The position numbers were made by a program, and so were the translations under genes. Below, one piece after another: positions 52,256 through 64,000 of a stretch of 64,000 nucleotides of DNA. Each line of letters opens with the position of its first letter. Position 1 is the stretch's first letter. The notes under the pieces were generated by a model that worked only from the letters and a program-made list of their open reading frames with translations, did no database searches and was not told the origin of the DNA. The DNA comes from Mobula hypostoma (Eukaryota), in contig NC_086108.1 in assembly GCF_963921235.1 (NCBI RefSeq), positions 77,812,001 through 77,876,000 of the forward strand, written 5' to 3'.

Positions 52256-52269
52256 CCACCAGGTGGCAG
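52256..52269 (+). promoter_or_regulatory. Candidate CTCF site
   Basis: CCACCAGGTGGCAG closely matches the CTCF core consensus, with TGCAC just upstream. Confidence 0.5.
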
Positions 52270-52784
52270 GTAACAGCAAATGCAATAGAACAGACAGGAA
52301 ATGGTTCAAATGTTGAAAATAGTTCTCTCAGTACAAATGTTTGCCATGTCAAATTTTGTCAAAAATAGCAATGCTTACAATTGTAGTTGGAGGTAAGAAT
52401 TTTGAGGTTTCCTTATTTCTTATTTCTTACTAGGAATTATGTGTTCATGGATATCTAGAATATATATTGAATAGACTATTTGGCTAATGATCCGTTGCCA
52501 GAAATAATAAACTTGTGCTACCAAAGAATAAATCATATATTTCTCAAGATGATCAGGTCATATCCTGTATTACCATTATCTAGATCATTCCAGCTTTTAC
52601 TGCATTTTGTGCAATTGTTGGTTAATTATACAAGTAAAATAAAATGAGCTCGAGAAAAGTAATGTATTTTTACAGCAAATAGCTCACAATAAGATTATAA
52701 AAAGCTCAATTTCAGGGCCTTTAGTGATTATGTAAGTCGCAGAAGGAAAATACTACCCTGTAACTCATGAACTACCACTTATTG

Positions 52785-54015
52785 CAAATGTTACTCTGCT
52801 ATTTAAGAAGGGTGGGAGGCAGCAGAAAGGAAACTATAGACCTGTTAGCCTGACGTCAGTGGATGGGAAGTTGTTGGAATCGATTGTTAGGGTTGAGATT
52901 AAGGAGGACGTAGAAGTACATGATAAGATAAGCTAAAGCCAGCATGGTTTTCTGAAAGGAAAATCCTGCCTGACTAACCTACTGCAATTTTATGAGGAAA
53001 TTACAAGCAGGGTAGACAAAGGAGATGCAGTAGATGTGGTGTACTTGGATTTTCAGAAGGCCTTTGACAAGATGCCACATGTGAGGCTGCTTAGCAAGAT
53101 AAGAGCCCATGGAATTACAGGGAAGTTGCTAGCATGGGTGGAGCACTGGCTGATGGTAGGAAAAAGAGAGTGGAAATAAAGGGATCCTATTCTGGCTGGC
53201 TGCAGGTTACCAGTGGAGTTCCACAGGGTTCGGTGTTAGGACTGTTACTTTTTACAATGTATGTCAATGATTTCGATTATGGGATTAATAGATCTGTGGC
53301 TAAATTTGCCAATAATAGAGAGGTGGAGGAGCGTGTAGTGTTGAGGAAACAGAACCTGCAGAGAGTCTTAGATAGTTTAGGGGATTGGCAAAGAAGTGGC
53401 AAATGAAGTATAATGTTGGAAGGTGTATGGTCATGCACTTTGGTGGAAGAAATAAGCAGGCAGACTATTATTTAGATGGGGAGAGAATTTGAAATGCAGA
53501 GATGCAAAGGGATTTGGGAGTCCTTGTGCAAGATACCCTAAAGGTTAACCTACAGGTTGAGTCAGTGGTGTAGAAGGCAAATGCAATGTTGGCATTCATT
53601 TCTAAAGGTATAGAATATGTGATGTTGAGGCTCTAACATTCAGAATGTTAAAAGGCATGAACAGATTAGATATGGCAAAGTTATTTCCCATGGTAAGGGA
53701 GTCCAGGTCAAGAGGGCATGATTTCAGGATTGAAGGACATCCATTTAGTATAGAGATGGGGAGAAATTACTTTAGTCAGAGGGTGGTAAATCTGTGGAAT
53801 TCATTGCCACAAGCAGCTGTGGAAGCCAAGTCATTGGGTGTATTTAAGGCAGAGATAGAAAGGTTCTTGATTAGCCAGGGCATCAAAGGGTATGGGGAGA
53901 AAGCAGGGGAGTGGGGATGACTGGAAGAATTGGATCAGCCTATGATTTAATGGTGAAGCAGACTCGATGGGCTGAATGGCCTGCTTCTGCTCCTATATCT
54001 TATGGTCTTATGTTC
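52785..54015 (+). mobile_element. 5'-truncated CR1 LINE (RT and 3' UTR)
   Basis: NYRPVSLTSV, QHGFLKGKSCLTNL, YLDFQKAFDK, VTSGVPQGSVLG, FSQRVVNLWNSLP. Tail TCTTATGGTCTTATG. Confidence 0.9.
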
Positions 54016-54709
54016 TTATTATTACAAACTGATGAGATGAGAAATAAAAGGCTTGATAGTAGCATCTCAGTTCACCCGTAACAGTTCCTAAGGTTAGTCC
54101 TAATTCAACCAAATTCTTATCCAGAACAAGAGAGTTAGGGAATGCACCAAAGAAGGTTCCAAATAAATGCCGCTTATGAATACAGGAAATAAGTTTCAAT
54201 GCTTCAGAAAACTTTCTTTTTACTTCTGGGAATGCAATAATCCACTTGTTAACATAAAACTTTGCTCCTTCTGCCTTACGGCTGCAATGAGTGCAATTTA
54301 CAAGATGCACTACAAGAAACCTCATCAAGTTTCTTAGAGCATCTCTTTGGCTTGCAGTGTCTACCCAAAAGTGCACTGGTAGCAGGCACATAGCACTAGA
54401 GTCAGCATTAAGGCTCCTTCTACACCATCTTCCCATGGAAGTGCACAATGTTTCCTTCATCATTGATGGGCCAGTATCCTCATTTCCTGACATCACTGTG
54501 TGCATCCCTTCACCACTCAGCCTGGAAAATTCTGATAGCCACCTCAGCAACACTTACCCAGGAAGACTAGAGACAGACAATAAGCTGTGGCTTTACAAAT
54601 GACTAGGTCAAAAGAAAATTCAGTTCAAATGATGCACAGGATTGTAGAATGAGGGTCTCCTTCCTTTGCAGACAGGAAGAATTTGACATAAGATATACAG
54701 CAGAAATTG

Positions 54710-54990
54710 GAGCAATGCACAAAGCTTGGGAACAACTCAATGGATCAGGTAGCATCTATAGAGGGAAATAGAGAGGCAACATTTTGGGTCAAGGTCATTC
54801 ATCTGGAAAGAAGGAGGACAGAAGATGGTTCAAAAGGTGAGGGTTAGGGTTGAAGCAATGGCTGGCAAGTGACAGATGGATTAGGGGAGGGTAAAAGGCA
54901 CATGAAGGGTGGGGGGGAATGATGTCAGAAGCTGGGGGGGTGATATGTGCAGCTGAAAATGATGCAATCTGATTGGAGAGGGCTGTGGAA
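54710..54990 (-). mobile_element. Decayed Penelope-like 3' fragment
   Basis: GCAATGCACAAA..AACTCAATGGATCAGGTAGCATCTATAGAGGGAAATAG..CAACATTTTGGGTC..TTCATC matches the reverse complement of 14551-14640, followed by a purine-rich tract. Confidence 0.55.
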
Positions 54991-56254
54991 CTTAGCAGAA
55001 ATCATAAAAGATTATGGTGACCTTTTCCTTGAACTACTATTATATTTTTGGAATTGGAAGTCATTGGAATGTGCTGAGTCTGTTATTTTTGGTGATTGAT
55101 AGTGCTTTTCATTTATATAACTTCAAGGGTCAGAATCAGAATCAGCTTTATTATCACTGACATACGTTGTTTTGCAGCAGCATACAGTACAAAATATAAA
55201 ATTACTTTAAGTTACAAAATAAACAACTAGTACAAAAGTTGACTAATGAGATGGTGTTCAAGGGGATTCATGGACCATTCAGAAGTCTGATGGTAGAGAG
55301 GAAGGAGCTGTTCTTAAAACAATAAGTTGGGTAAATTTTTATCCTGGATGTACCCTGCTTCAGGATTAATGAATTAATCCATTCTGCATGGCACTGAAAA
55401 TTGTGGAGTAACATTCTGATGAAGAGAATGCCCATACAGGAGTATCTGAGGATGGCAGCAGCAGTGAGACTTTTTGATGGACACCAGCAGTGATGTCTAG
55501 ACACAATTATCATAAACATGAACATTTCCATTTGTGTTAGAAATAAGTCAATATCCTTACCATTTAGTAGTTTTTTCACCATATCTTGAAACATGTAAAT
55601 CAATACCCATGCCAATTTTCTTTTGGATTCTTGGCTTTCTTTACATTCATTTGCTTACATTCAGAGGATGCCACCCCTCTCCTCTGGCAATCATCTCTTA
55701 CATCTATATCTGGATCAAGATCTGATTTACTAACACATAATGGTTCTCCGGCTTTGAGATTAAGGTCATGCTATTATAGCAAAGCAGAAGATACTATACC
55801 CTGCATCGATTGCAGTGTGGCTGATCTGTTCTTTTTTTTTGCCTACTTAAGTAAAACTTTAAATTTCAAGTTGGTCTCCTCACTGCTTGTATTTAAGGAA
55901 CAGTTAGGATTGAAATGTATGGTTTAGAATTTGGCAGGTGAAGCCTCTTAGTCAATTTTAGCTATCTGCATGCTTTCTTTTTGCTAGGTGGGCAGGCATC
56001 ATTTACACAAATGTTTACAAAAATTTACATTTCACCTGAATAGCAAGGCTGGGCCGCCTTTAACCAAGCCTCAGGCTAATGTCCTACCTGTGATTAAAAA
56101 TGTTTTATTCTTTTCAGGATTATATGTTCAAGAGTATTTGATTATAAAATACTTATGTTTCACTTCAAAATAGCATCAATCACATTCTTAATTAGATATT
56201 GTATAACCATTTCTTAAAATGTTGTTCTATCATATTGAAAAAGATCTAAGAAAA

Positions 56255-56565
56255 AATAAGTTTATTTGTTACATATACACCAAAATGTGAAATGCGTTGT
56301 TTTCTGACAATGACCAACAAAACCCGAGGATGTGCTAGGGACAGCTCATAAGCATCACCATGCTTCTGGCACCAACATAGCTTGCTCATAAATTACTAAT
56401 CCTAACCCTAACCCAAATCCGTATATCTTTGGAAAGTTAGAGGATACCAGAGGAAACCCCCGAGGTCATAGGGAAAACATACAAGCTCCATACAGACAGC
56501 TACAGGAAGTGAATTCTGATACCTGGCACTGTGAAGTGTTGTGTTAACAGTTACAATGCCATGCC
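56255..56565 (-). mobile_element. HE1/V-type SINE
   Basis: Colinear reverse complement of 30509-30810. Confidence 0.7.
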
Positions 56566-56999
56566 AGCCAAACACATGATCTACACAGGAGACTAGAGTA
56601 TCGGTTTTGTCATGCTGCTCTTTCCTGGGCTTCCTCATGTCAAAACCCACCTGAATTTTTATTATGACTATTGTAATACCTTGTTTTTTGTTACTTTTGT
56701 TTGTTCTGGTTATGCTTTGGAGTTATATTCTAGTGAATAATTTTATAACAAATAAAAGCATTCTTCAAAGTCTCTCATAGCTCAATCAAACCACCTAATT
56801 TTTAACATATTATTCTAACTTTCATGCTCTTTTAGAATTAAAACGAGCTATTATGCCAATGTCAGGCTTTAACTAGTTCCTACAATGCTCTAGGAGGCTG
56901 AAAGCTGTTCAAAAATGCAGATTTTGTCTTTTCAACCGTATCACTGCTTGAATTTTATTTGACAAGATAACTGTTGAGATTTACTTCAAAATGCAGTGT

Positions 57000-57350
57000 C
57001 ATTGCCACTCTGGGGAAGAAAGGTGTTGGCTATCCACTCTATTTACCTCTACCAAGTCACCTCTCAGCCTCTTTTGGTCTAAACAGGAAACACCTAGCTC
57101 GCTCAGCCTTTCCTCCTGAGACATGTTCCACCTTACCTTCTCTAAATCTTCCACATCCTTCCTATAACGAGTTGACCAGAACTGAACACGATATTCCATG
57201 TATGATCTAACAAGAGTTTTATAGAGCTGCAACATTAGCTCATGGCTCTTAAACTCAATCCACTGACTAATGAAGGTCACACCATTGCCATCTTAACCAC
57301 CCTATCAACTGCATGGCAACTTAGAGAGATCTATGGAAATGGGCCCCAGT
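57000..57350 (-). mobile_element. CR1 RT C-terminal fragment
   Basis: MLQLYKTLVRSYMEYRVQFWS..KRLRGDLVEV. Confidence 0.8.
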
Positions 57351-57549
57351 AATACTGGGCTTACAGCAATGCACATAAAATTAGTAAGAATATTCTAAAT
57401 ACGGGGGGTATGTCAATAGAAGTACAAAAATGACTTAAAGGTTACCATCCTTGTATATCATTATTCATTGTGCAACCTACAATATCTGCAAACTCGACTA
57501 TATATGAGGTGGCATTAATGGACTCAGAATCAGCACAGAGGCAGATGTG

Positions 57550-57785
57550 TGATGCACCATCAATAATTCCAAAAGACTGAAGTAGGGTAAATAATGAAAG
57601 GCTTTTATTCGCTGTACAATACGACCTCCATGCTGAGTGTCTGCCCCTGGTCTGATGGGGAGGAGCAGGGCGAAATCGCCTTTATTCAGGGTTCTGTGGG
57701 AGGAGCCACAGGGCCAGTCAGCAGAGGGGTGTGTCCAGACAGGTAACCCAGTTACAACATATATATATATATATGGTTTACCACA
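57550..57785 (-). repeat. 3' LTR of the Gypsy element
   Basis: Direct repeat of 61698-62031, preceded on the minus strand by PPT AAAAAAGGAGGGGTGAA. Confidence 0.93.
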
Positions 57786-57855
57786 TTCACCCCTCCTTTT
57801 TTAAAAAAAGAGTCCCACGGGGTGAAGTGACTGACAATATTTACGAGAAGTATAT

Positions 57856-60800
57856 TTACAGGTTAAGTCTATCAGGCGGTCGAGTCTGTCGCTGTGATCT
57901 ACGTAGCACCGGCAGTGATTGCATCGGCGATGGCGGTTGTGCTGGCTCCGGCCTGACTTGAGGTGCCAGCACATTAGGCGCTGTTAATCCCTCGTGCGTG
58001 TGCATCGCACCCGGTATGGGAGTGTCGTGGGGCGTCTGTGTAGGGTTTGGAGTGCGCAGTGTCTCGTGGGTATATATATCGGTGGGTACGGGGTCAATAG
58101 TCACCACGGAGTGTTCAGGGTAGGGGCTTGGTGCTCCTGCGGGCGTCAGGTCGCGGATGGAGACCGTGTCCCCCCGCCCATCAGGTAAAACCACGTAGGC
58201 ATACTGACGGTTCGCATGAAGTAAGTGAACCCTCTCGACCATCGGGAAGTATTTATTGCTCCTCGTATGTTTCCGGAGCAGCACTGGCCCTGGGAACGTC
58301 AGCTAAGTTGGTAGGGTGGTCCCAATGGTCGACTTTCTGGGAAAAGAAAAGAGTCACTCATGAGGGGTGGCATTGGTGGCTGTGCATAACAGGGAGCGGA
58401 AGGAGTGGAGTGCCTCGGGAAGGACCTCCTGCCAGCGGGAAACCGGCAGTCCCTTTGACCTGAGGGCTAAGAGTGTGGCTTTCCACACTGTGCCATTCTC
58501 CTTCTCCATCTGTCCATTCCCCCGGGGATTATAGCTCGTGGTCCTACTGGTTGCAATTCCCCTAGCCAGCAGGTATTGGCGCAGCTCATCACTCATAAAC
58601 GAGGACCCTCTGTCACTGTGGATATAGCATGGGTATCCGAACAGAGTGAAGAGCTTGCGCAGGGCTTTTATAACTGACGTGGTAGTGGTGTCGGGGCAGG
58701 GGATGGCGAAGGGGAACCGCGAGTACTCATCGATAACGTTCAGAAAGTACACATTGTGGTCGGTGGAGGGAAAGAGGCCCTTAAAGTCAACACTCAGTCG
58801 CTCAAAGGGGCGGGTGGCCTTGATGAGTTGTGCCTTTTCGGGTCGGTAGAAGTGCGGTTTGCACCCTGCGCAGACTTGGCAGTCCCTGGTCATCATCCTG
58901 ATCTCCTCAAGGGAGTAAGGCAGGTTCCAGGCTTTCATGAAGTGGAAAAGCCGGTTGACCCCCGGGTGGCAAAGATCTACATGTAGGGCGTATAGCCGGT
59001 CGATCTGCGCGCTGGCACACGTTCCCCGGGATAGGGCATCAGAGGGCTCATTGGGCTTCTCAGGCCGGTACATGATGTCATAGTCGTAGGTGGAGAGTTC
59101 GATTCTCCACCTCAGAATTTTATCATTTTTGATTTTGCCCCGCTGTTGGTTACTAAGCATGAATGCGACTGAGCGCTGGTCAGTTAGCAGAGTGAACCTT
59201 TTGCCGGTGAGATAGTGCCTCCAGTGCCTAATAGCTTCCACTATGGCCTGGGCCTCTTTCTCCACCGCGGAGAGCCGAATGTCAGGGCCTTGAAGAGTAC
59301 GGGAGAAGAACGCCACTGGTCTTCCCGCCTGGTTGAGAGTAGCAGGCAGTGCGAAGTCGGAGGTGTCACTCTCTACTTGGAAGGGAATGGCCTCATCCAC
59401 CGCATGCATTGCTGCTTTGGCAATGTCCCCTTTTATGTGGCTGAAGGCTGCGCGGGCCTCGGCTGAGAGGGGGAATGTGGTGGACTTGACCGGGGGCGGG
59501 ACTTGTCTGCGTAGTTTGGGACCCATTGGACATAATATGAAAAGAAGCCCAGGCACCTTCTGAGGGCTCTGAGGGTGTTGGGAAGAGGGAGTTCCAACAG
59601 GGGGCACATACAGTCGGGGTCAGGGCCAATGACTCCATTCTCCACGACACACCCAAGGATAGCAAGTTGGTTAGTCCCGAATACACACTTGTCCTTGTTA
59701 TAGGTGAGATTGAAAGCTTTGGCCGCTTGGAGAAATTTTTGAAGGTTGTTGTGATCCTGCCGGTCGTGACCGCAGATGGCGATGTTATCCAGAATGTGGC
59801 CTTCAGTTGGCACTGGTCCACCATCTGGTCCATTGCCCTCTGGAAGACAGATACACCATTCGTGACACCGAAGGGGACGCGCGGGAAGTGATAAAGCCTG
59901 CCGTCCGCCTCGAAGGCAGTGTAAGGGCAGTCCTCCCGGAGGATGGGGAGCTGATGGTAAGTGGATTTTAGGTCTATGGTCAAGTACACCTTGTACTGTG
60001 CTATCTGATTGACCATATCCATGATGCGGGGTAGAGGGTACGCGTCGAGCTGCGTGAACCTATTGATGGTCTGGCTACAGTCCACGACCGTCCTATTTTT
60101 CTCCCCGTTCCAAACAACCACCACCTGCGCCCTCCAAGGACTTGTGCTTGCCTCAATGACCCCCTCCCTGAGCAGCCGCTGCACCTCCGACTTAATGAAA
60201 GCTCTGTCCCCCGCACTGTACCTCCTGCTTTTAGTTGCCACAGTTTTATAGTTGGGGGTCAGGTTGGCGAACAGCAGTAGGGGAGGGATCTTGAGGGTGG
60301 AGACGCCGCAAGTGGTGTTGGTAGTGCGGCAGTTGGCATGGTGTTGGGTGGGATGTGCGGGTCGGTGTGTGTGTGTGGTCAGTAGTGGGGTACGTGAAAT
60401 ATCTCTACAAAACTGGGGATTTACAACAGTGATTGGTGGGAGGGGCCCATCATACTCCATTGTCACGCTTTTCAGGTAGCTCTGGAAGTCGAGCCCCAAT
60501 AGCACAGAGGCACACAGTTGAGGCTGACCAGTAACGTAAAGTCTCGATATTCTGTGCCCTGCACCACTAGCGTCGCTACACAACCCCCCCGTATGTCTGT
60601 TGTATGCGACCCGGAAGCCACGGTCACCCTCTGACTTACCGGCCATATCACAAGTCCGCAATGCTGCACCGTGTCTGGGTGGATAAAACTCTCCGTGCTG
60701 CCTGTGTCAACCAGGCAGCTTGTTCTGCGCTCCTCCACCAGGATGTCCATCATTGACCTTGTGAGCTGGTGGGGAGCGCTTTGGTCGAGGGTCACGGAGG

Positions 60801-61670
60801 CCAGGGTTGAGTTGCTGTCTTGGTCCGGCGCAGTGGGGTGCTCCGTGAGCACCCGTTGGTCGTAGGCAGTGGGAGGTGGTGCGGATTAAGATGGCCGCCC
60901 CCATGTCTCGCACGCGGTGCTGCTCGATTCCGCTCGCAGGTTTGGACTTACAGACCTTGGTGAAGTGGCCCTTCTTTCCGCAGCTGGAGCAGGTAGCTTC
61001 TCAGACCGGGCAGCGTTTCCGGGGGTGCTTCTCAAGTCCGCAGAAGTAGCACTTCGCGGACTCGCAACTGGCAGCAGCCGAGGTCGAATCGCCAGCGGGT
61101 TGCGGGGTCTGCGGCGCCCACGAGGCCATCGGGGGATCGCGTGCCTGGAGACCCTCAGTGTTGTGCAGAGCAGCCTCCAGAGTGTCGGCCAGCTCAGTTG
61201 CCGAACGTAAGGTAAGATCAGCTTTTTCCAACAGCCGCTGGCGCACAAACACTGACCTGGTCCCCGTGATGAAGGCGTCTCTCACTAGGAGCTCTGCATG
61301 CTGCCCTGCCGTCAGCCCCTGGCAATTGCAGGCTCACGCGAGCATCTGTAGTGTCTGGACAAACTCGGCATTCGATTCCCCAGGCCGCTGGCGCTGTGTC
61401 GCTAATCGGTGCCGCGCATAGACGCTGTTTAGCGGCCGCAGGTATTGTCCTTTGCGTGCGCTTATCACGCCTTCATAGCTCATCTGGTCTCTGATCATCG
61501 AGTAGACCCGTGGACTGACCCTGGAGAGTAGAACTCTGCACTTTGCTGTAGAGTCGGTCACTTTAATCTCCTCTAGGTACGAAGCAAGCCAGCCAGAGTT
61601 CGAAAGCGTTTCCAGCTTCAGGTGTTTGCGGGTCAAGATCTAACTTGTCGGGTCTCAGAGTGCGTTCCAT
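57856..61670 (-). pseudogene. Disrupted gag-pol polyprotein of the Gypsy element
   Basis: ATG at 61670 (MERTLRPDKLDL). Zinc knuckles (CYFCGLEKHPRKRC), protease LVDTGS, RT (SPWRAQVVVV, IDLKSTYHQ, PFGVTNG), RNase H (VESDTSD, FTLLTDQ), integrase HHCC plus VDFKG/HSDRG/GQMEKEN. Split across several ORFs by frameshifts. Confidence 0.9.
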
Positions 61671-61697
61671 GATTTTTAAAATTACTGCGAATAAAAT

Positions 61698-61962
61698 TGA
61701 TGTACCATCAATAATTCCAAAAGACTGGAAGTAGGGTAAATACTAAAAGGCTTTTATTCGCAGTAAAACGTGACCTCCATGCTGTGTGTCTGCCCCTGGA
61801 CTAAGGAGGAGGAGCAGTGGCGAAATCGCCTTTATTTAGGGATCTGTGGGAGGAACCACAGGGGCAGTCAGTAGAGGGGCGTGTCCAGACAGGTAATCCA
61901 GTTACAACATACATACATACATATATATATATATACACATACATACATATACACACACACGT

Positions 61963-62002
<40 letters not shown>

Positions 62003-62031
62003 GCACATATATATATATATGGTTTACCACA
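61698..62031 (-). repeat. 5' LTR of the Gypsy element, with internal (TA)/(CA)/(TACA) microsatellite expansion
   Basis: Direct repeat of 57550-57785. The ~98 bp of extra length is almost all the microsatellite at ~61907-62020. Confidence 0.93.
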
Positions 62032-62944
62032 ATGTGAAATGTGCCAACTGTTGCTGCCCTCCAGCATTATTCTGGTTACTCAGAGATGCAGTAGTTGAGA
62101 TGTTCACCTCACCCTGCCCCTCTCCTTTCAGCCATGTGACAATGCTAAGCTATAGGGCAGGAATTATAGAACAGTTGTGAAGCATCTTTCTCACAGAAAA
62201 CTCCTGTAACATTGCACTTGCCTCAGCAACAATCAAGCAGAGAACAGGTTCAGTGCTGATCCATCTCTTTTTTCCTGACAATAATAATTTCCTGAAGTTT
62301 TTATTCTGCCCGACCTTTAACATTCATCTTTTATATCCTTTCAGAGTCAACAATCTTCCTTCTGTTCTCGCACTACTAACTCTGGAGAGCTCTGAGAACA
62401 TCTCCTTGGATTTCTCCTGTTGTTTGTGTCCATGCCATTCCTCAATATCATTTGTCCAAAGGCAAGTGGCTAATTCCAGCCTTTGTTGACATCACCCATC
62501 TGTCTCCTAATGCCATCTCTCCTGAACCATCAGCATCTCTTTCCTTAGTATCCCTGGTTGATGCCAGCCTCAAGTAAACCATTTCAACATCATGAGGACC
62601 TAGGCAACAGTCTTCATTCCCTGTTGCAAACTCCATTCCCTCATTGTCATTTACATTATTCACCTGCAGCAGCTAAGTTGCTAACACCTTAGAGAAAGAA
62701 GTACCGATATCCTTAAGCAGGAACGTAAACTGTAACATTGACTTGCAGCACTTTCAGAATTCAGCCATGTGAATAACTTCGTTCTGTTGTTTAGAGCAAA
62801 GAATTCCAGCGGACCAGTCTGCCTCTGCAAGGAAGCTGTCTGCCTTTGTAGAGGTATGTATGTAGTAGACAGATAGCCTCTGTGGCTAAATTCAGTTGTT
62901 CACAAAGTACCTTATTGGTGCCCTTTGTGATTTCCGTGCTCTCC

Positions 62945-63790
62945 GGTCTTGCACGGATTGTGAGGACTGCTGAGAGAATCATTAGGGTCTCTCTACCTCC
63001 TTTTCTCTATCCTGGACATACACCCGAAGTGCTGCATTCACAGAGGCCTCAGCATTGTCAACGACCTCTCCCATCCATCCTACAATTGTTTTGACCCCCA
63101 ACTGTCAGGCAGAAGGTACCACACAACACAGTATAAAAACAAGTATAAGAATAAGAACAAGCGATTAGGCTATGTAACAGCTTTTTCCCCCAGACTGTAA
63201 GATTTCTGAACACCCCGTTACCACCCAATACACATTTACAACAGCACCAGTCACATTACACTGTTTTATATATAACTCTATGTTATATATGCATTTTATG
63301 TCAACTTGTACATCTACATATAGGCATCCGTTAGTCTCATGAGACCATGGATTTGCACCTTGGAAGGTTTCCAGGGTGCAGGCTTCGGCAAGGTTGTATG
63401 GAAGACCAGCAGTTGCCCATGCTGCAAGTCTCCCCTCTCCACGCTACTGATGTTGTCCAAGGGAAGGGCATTAGAACCCATACAGCTTGCAGCGGTGTTG
63501 TCGCAGAGCAGTGTGTGGTTAAGTGCCTTGCTCAAGGACACACACGCTGCCTCAGCCAAGGCTCAAACTAGCAACCTTCAAATCACTAGACGAACGCCTT
63601 AACCACTTGGTCATACACCAGCACATCTACATAATACCTTTATTATCTGTTAATATTATTATGTTAATATATTTTTATGTACTATATAATATATATATTC
63701 TGTATTTTGCTCCTTGGTCTCAGAGGAATGTTGTTTTATTTAGCAGTATACACGTGTACAGTAGAATGACAATAAACTTGAACTTGGTTC
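62945..63790 (+). mobile_element. Rex1/Babar-type 3' fragment interrupted by a SINE
   Basis: RIVRTAERII.VSLP peptide, D.SHP-like motif and tail GACAATAAACTTGAACTTG. Confidence 0.6.
63321..63622 (-). mobile_element. tRNA-derived SINE (V/CORE-like centre) with TSD
   Basis: Minus strand: head ATGACCAAGTGGTTAAGGCG, central GTGTCCTTGAGCAAGGCACTTAACC. 11-bp TSD ACATCTACATA at 63310-63320 and 63623-63633. Confidence 0.8.
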
Positions 63791-63887
63791 TTTGATTTCA
63801 TTCCAACCAAGAATTGTTATTATAACTAAGTACACTTCCTTAGCACTTATCAACATCACAATCTTGCCCACGTGTTTCCCTGGTTTG

Positions 63888-63892
<5 letters not shown>

Positions 63893-63945
<53 letters not shown>
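63893..63945. repeat. (CT)n microsatellite
   Basis: Directly visible. Confidence 0.95.
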
Positions 63946-63948
<3 letters not shown>

Positions 63949-64000
63949 CCTCGCTCCCTCATTCCCTCACTCACCCACTCCCCGCTTCTGCAGACCATAA

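Larger units (their letters stand above)
57550..62031 (-). mobile_element. Full-length Ty3/Gypsy LTR retrotransposon (4482 bp), frameshifted
   Basis: Two TG...CA LTRs (61698-62031 and 57550-57785). 5-bp TSD ATGTG at 57545-57549 and 62032-62036. Polypurine tract at ~57786-57802. Gag-PR-RT-RH-IN order. Confidence 0.95.

Overview
Vertebrate genomic DNA, most likely a cartilaginous fish (ray or shark), inferred from the repeat content: CR1 and Rex1/Babar LINEs, HE1/V-type tRNA SINEs and Penelope-derived palindromes. I see one intact host gene, a 3-exon, + strand Kruppel-like factor of the KLF1/2/4/17 group, best matching non-mammalian KLF17 (neptune/biklf). Its CDS is 38149-38235, 39269-40328 and 40656-40831 (1323 nt, 440 aa). 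It sits in a visibly CpG-richer, almost transposon-free island (~31.6-44 kb). The rest is mostly decayed mobile DNA: CR1 LINEs, Rex1/Babar LINEs, three Ty3/Gypsy elements, Tc1 deletion derivatives, SINEs and Penelope-derived short elements. The two most interesting signals are RNA structures. (1) A 225-bp, TSD-flanked palindromic insertion (47625-47849) whose two arms each carry a minimal hammerhead-ribozyme core, with decayed relatives elsewhere in the window. (2) A complete 4.5-kb Gypsy element (57550-62031, TSD ATGTG) with no tRNA primer-binding site but a perfect 15-nt inverted repeat between the PBS position and its own LTR, suggesting self-priming or poly(A)-signal occlusion. All family assignments are by eye and from recalled motifs; no database searches were run, and repeat boundaries without a TSD are approximate.
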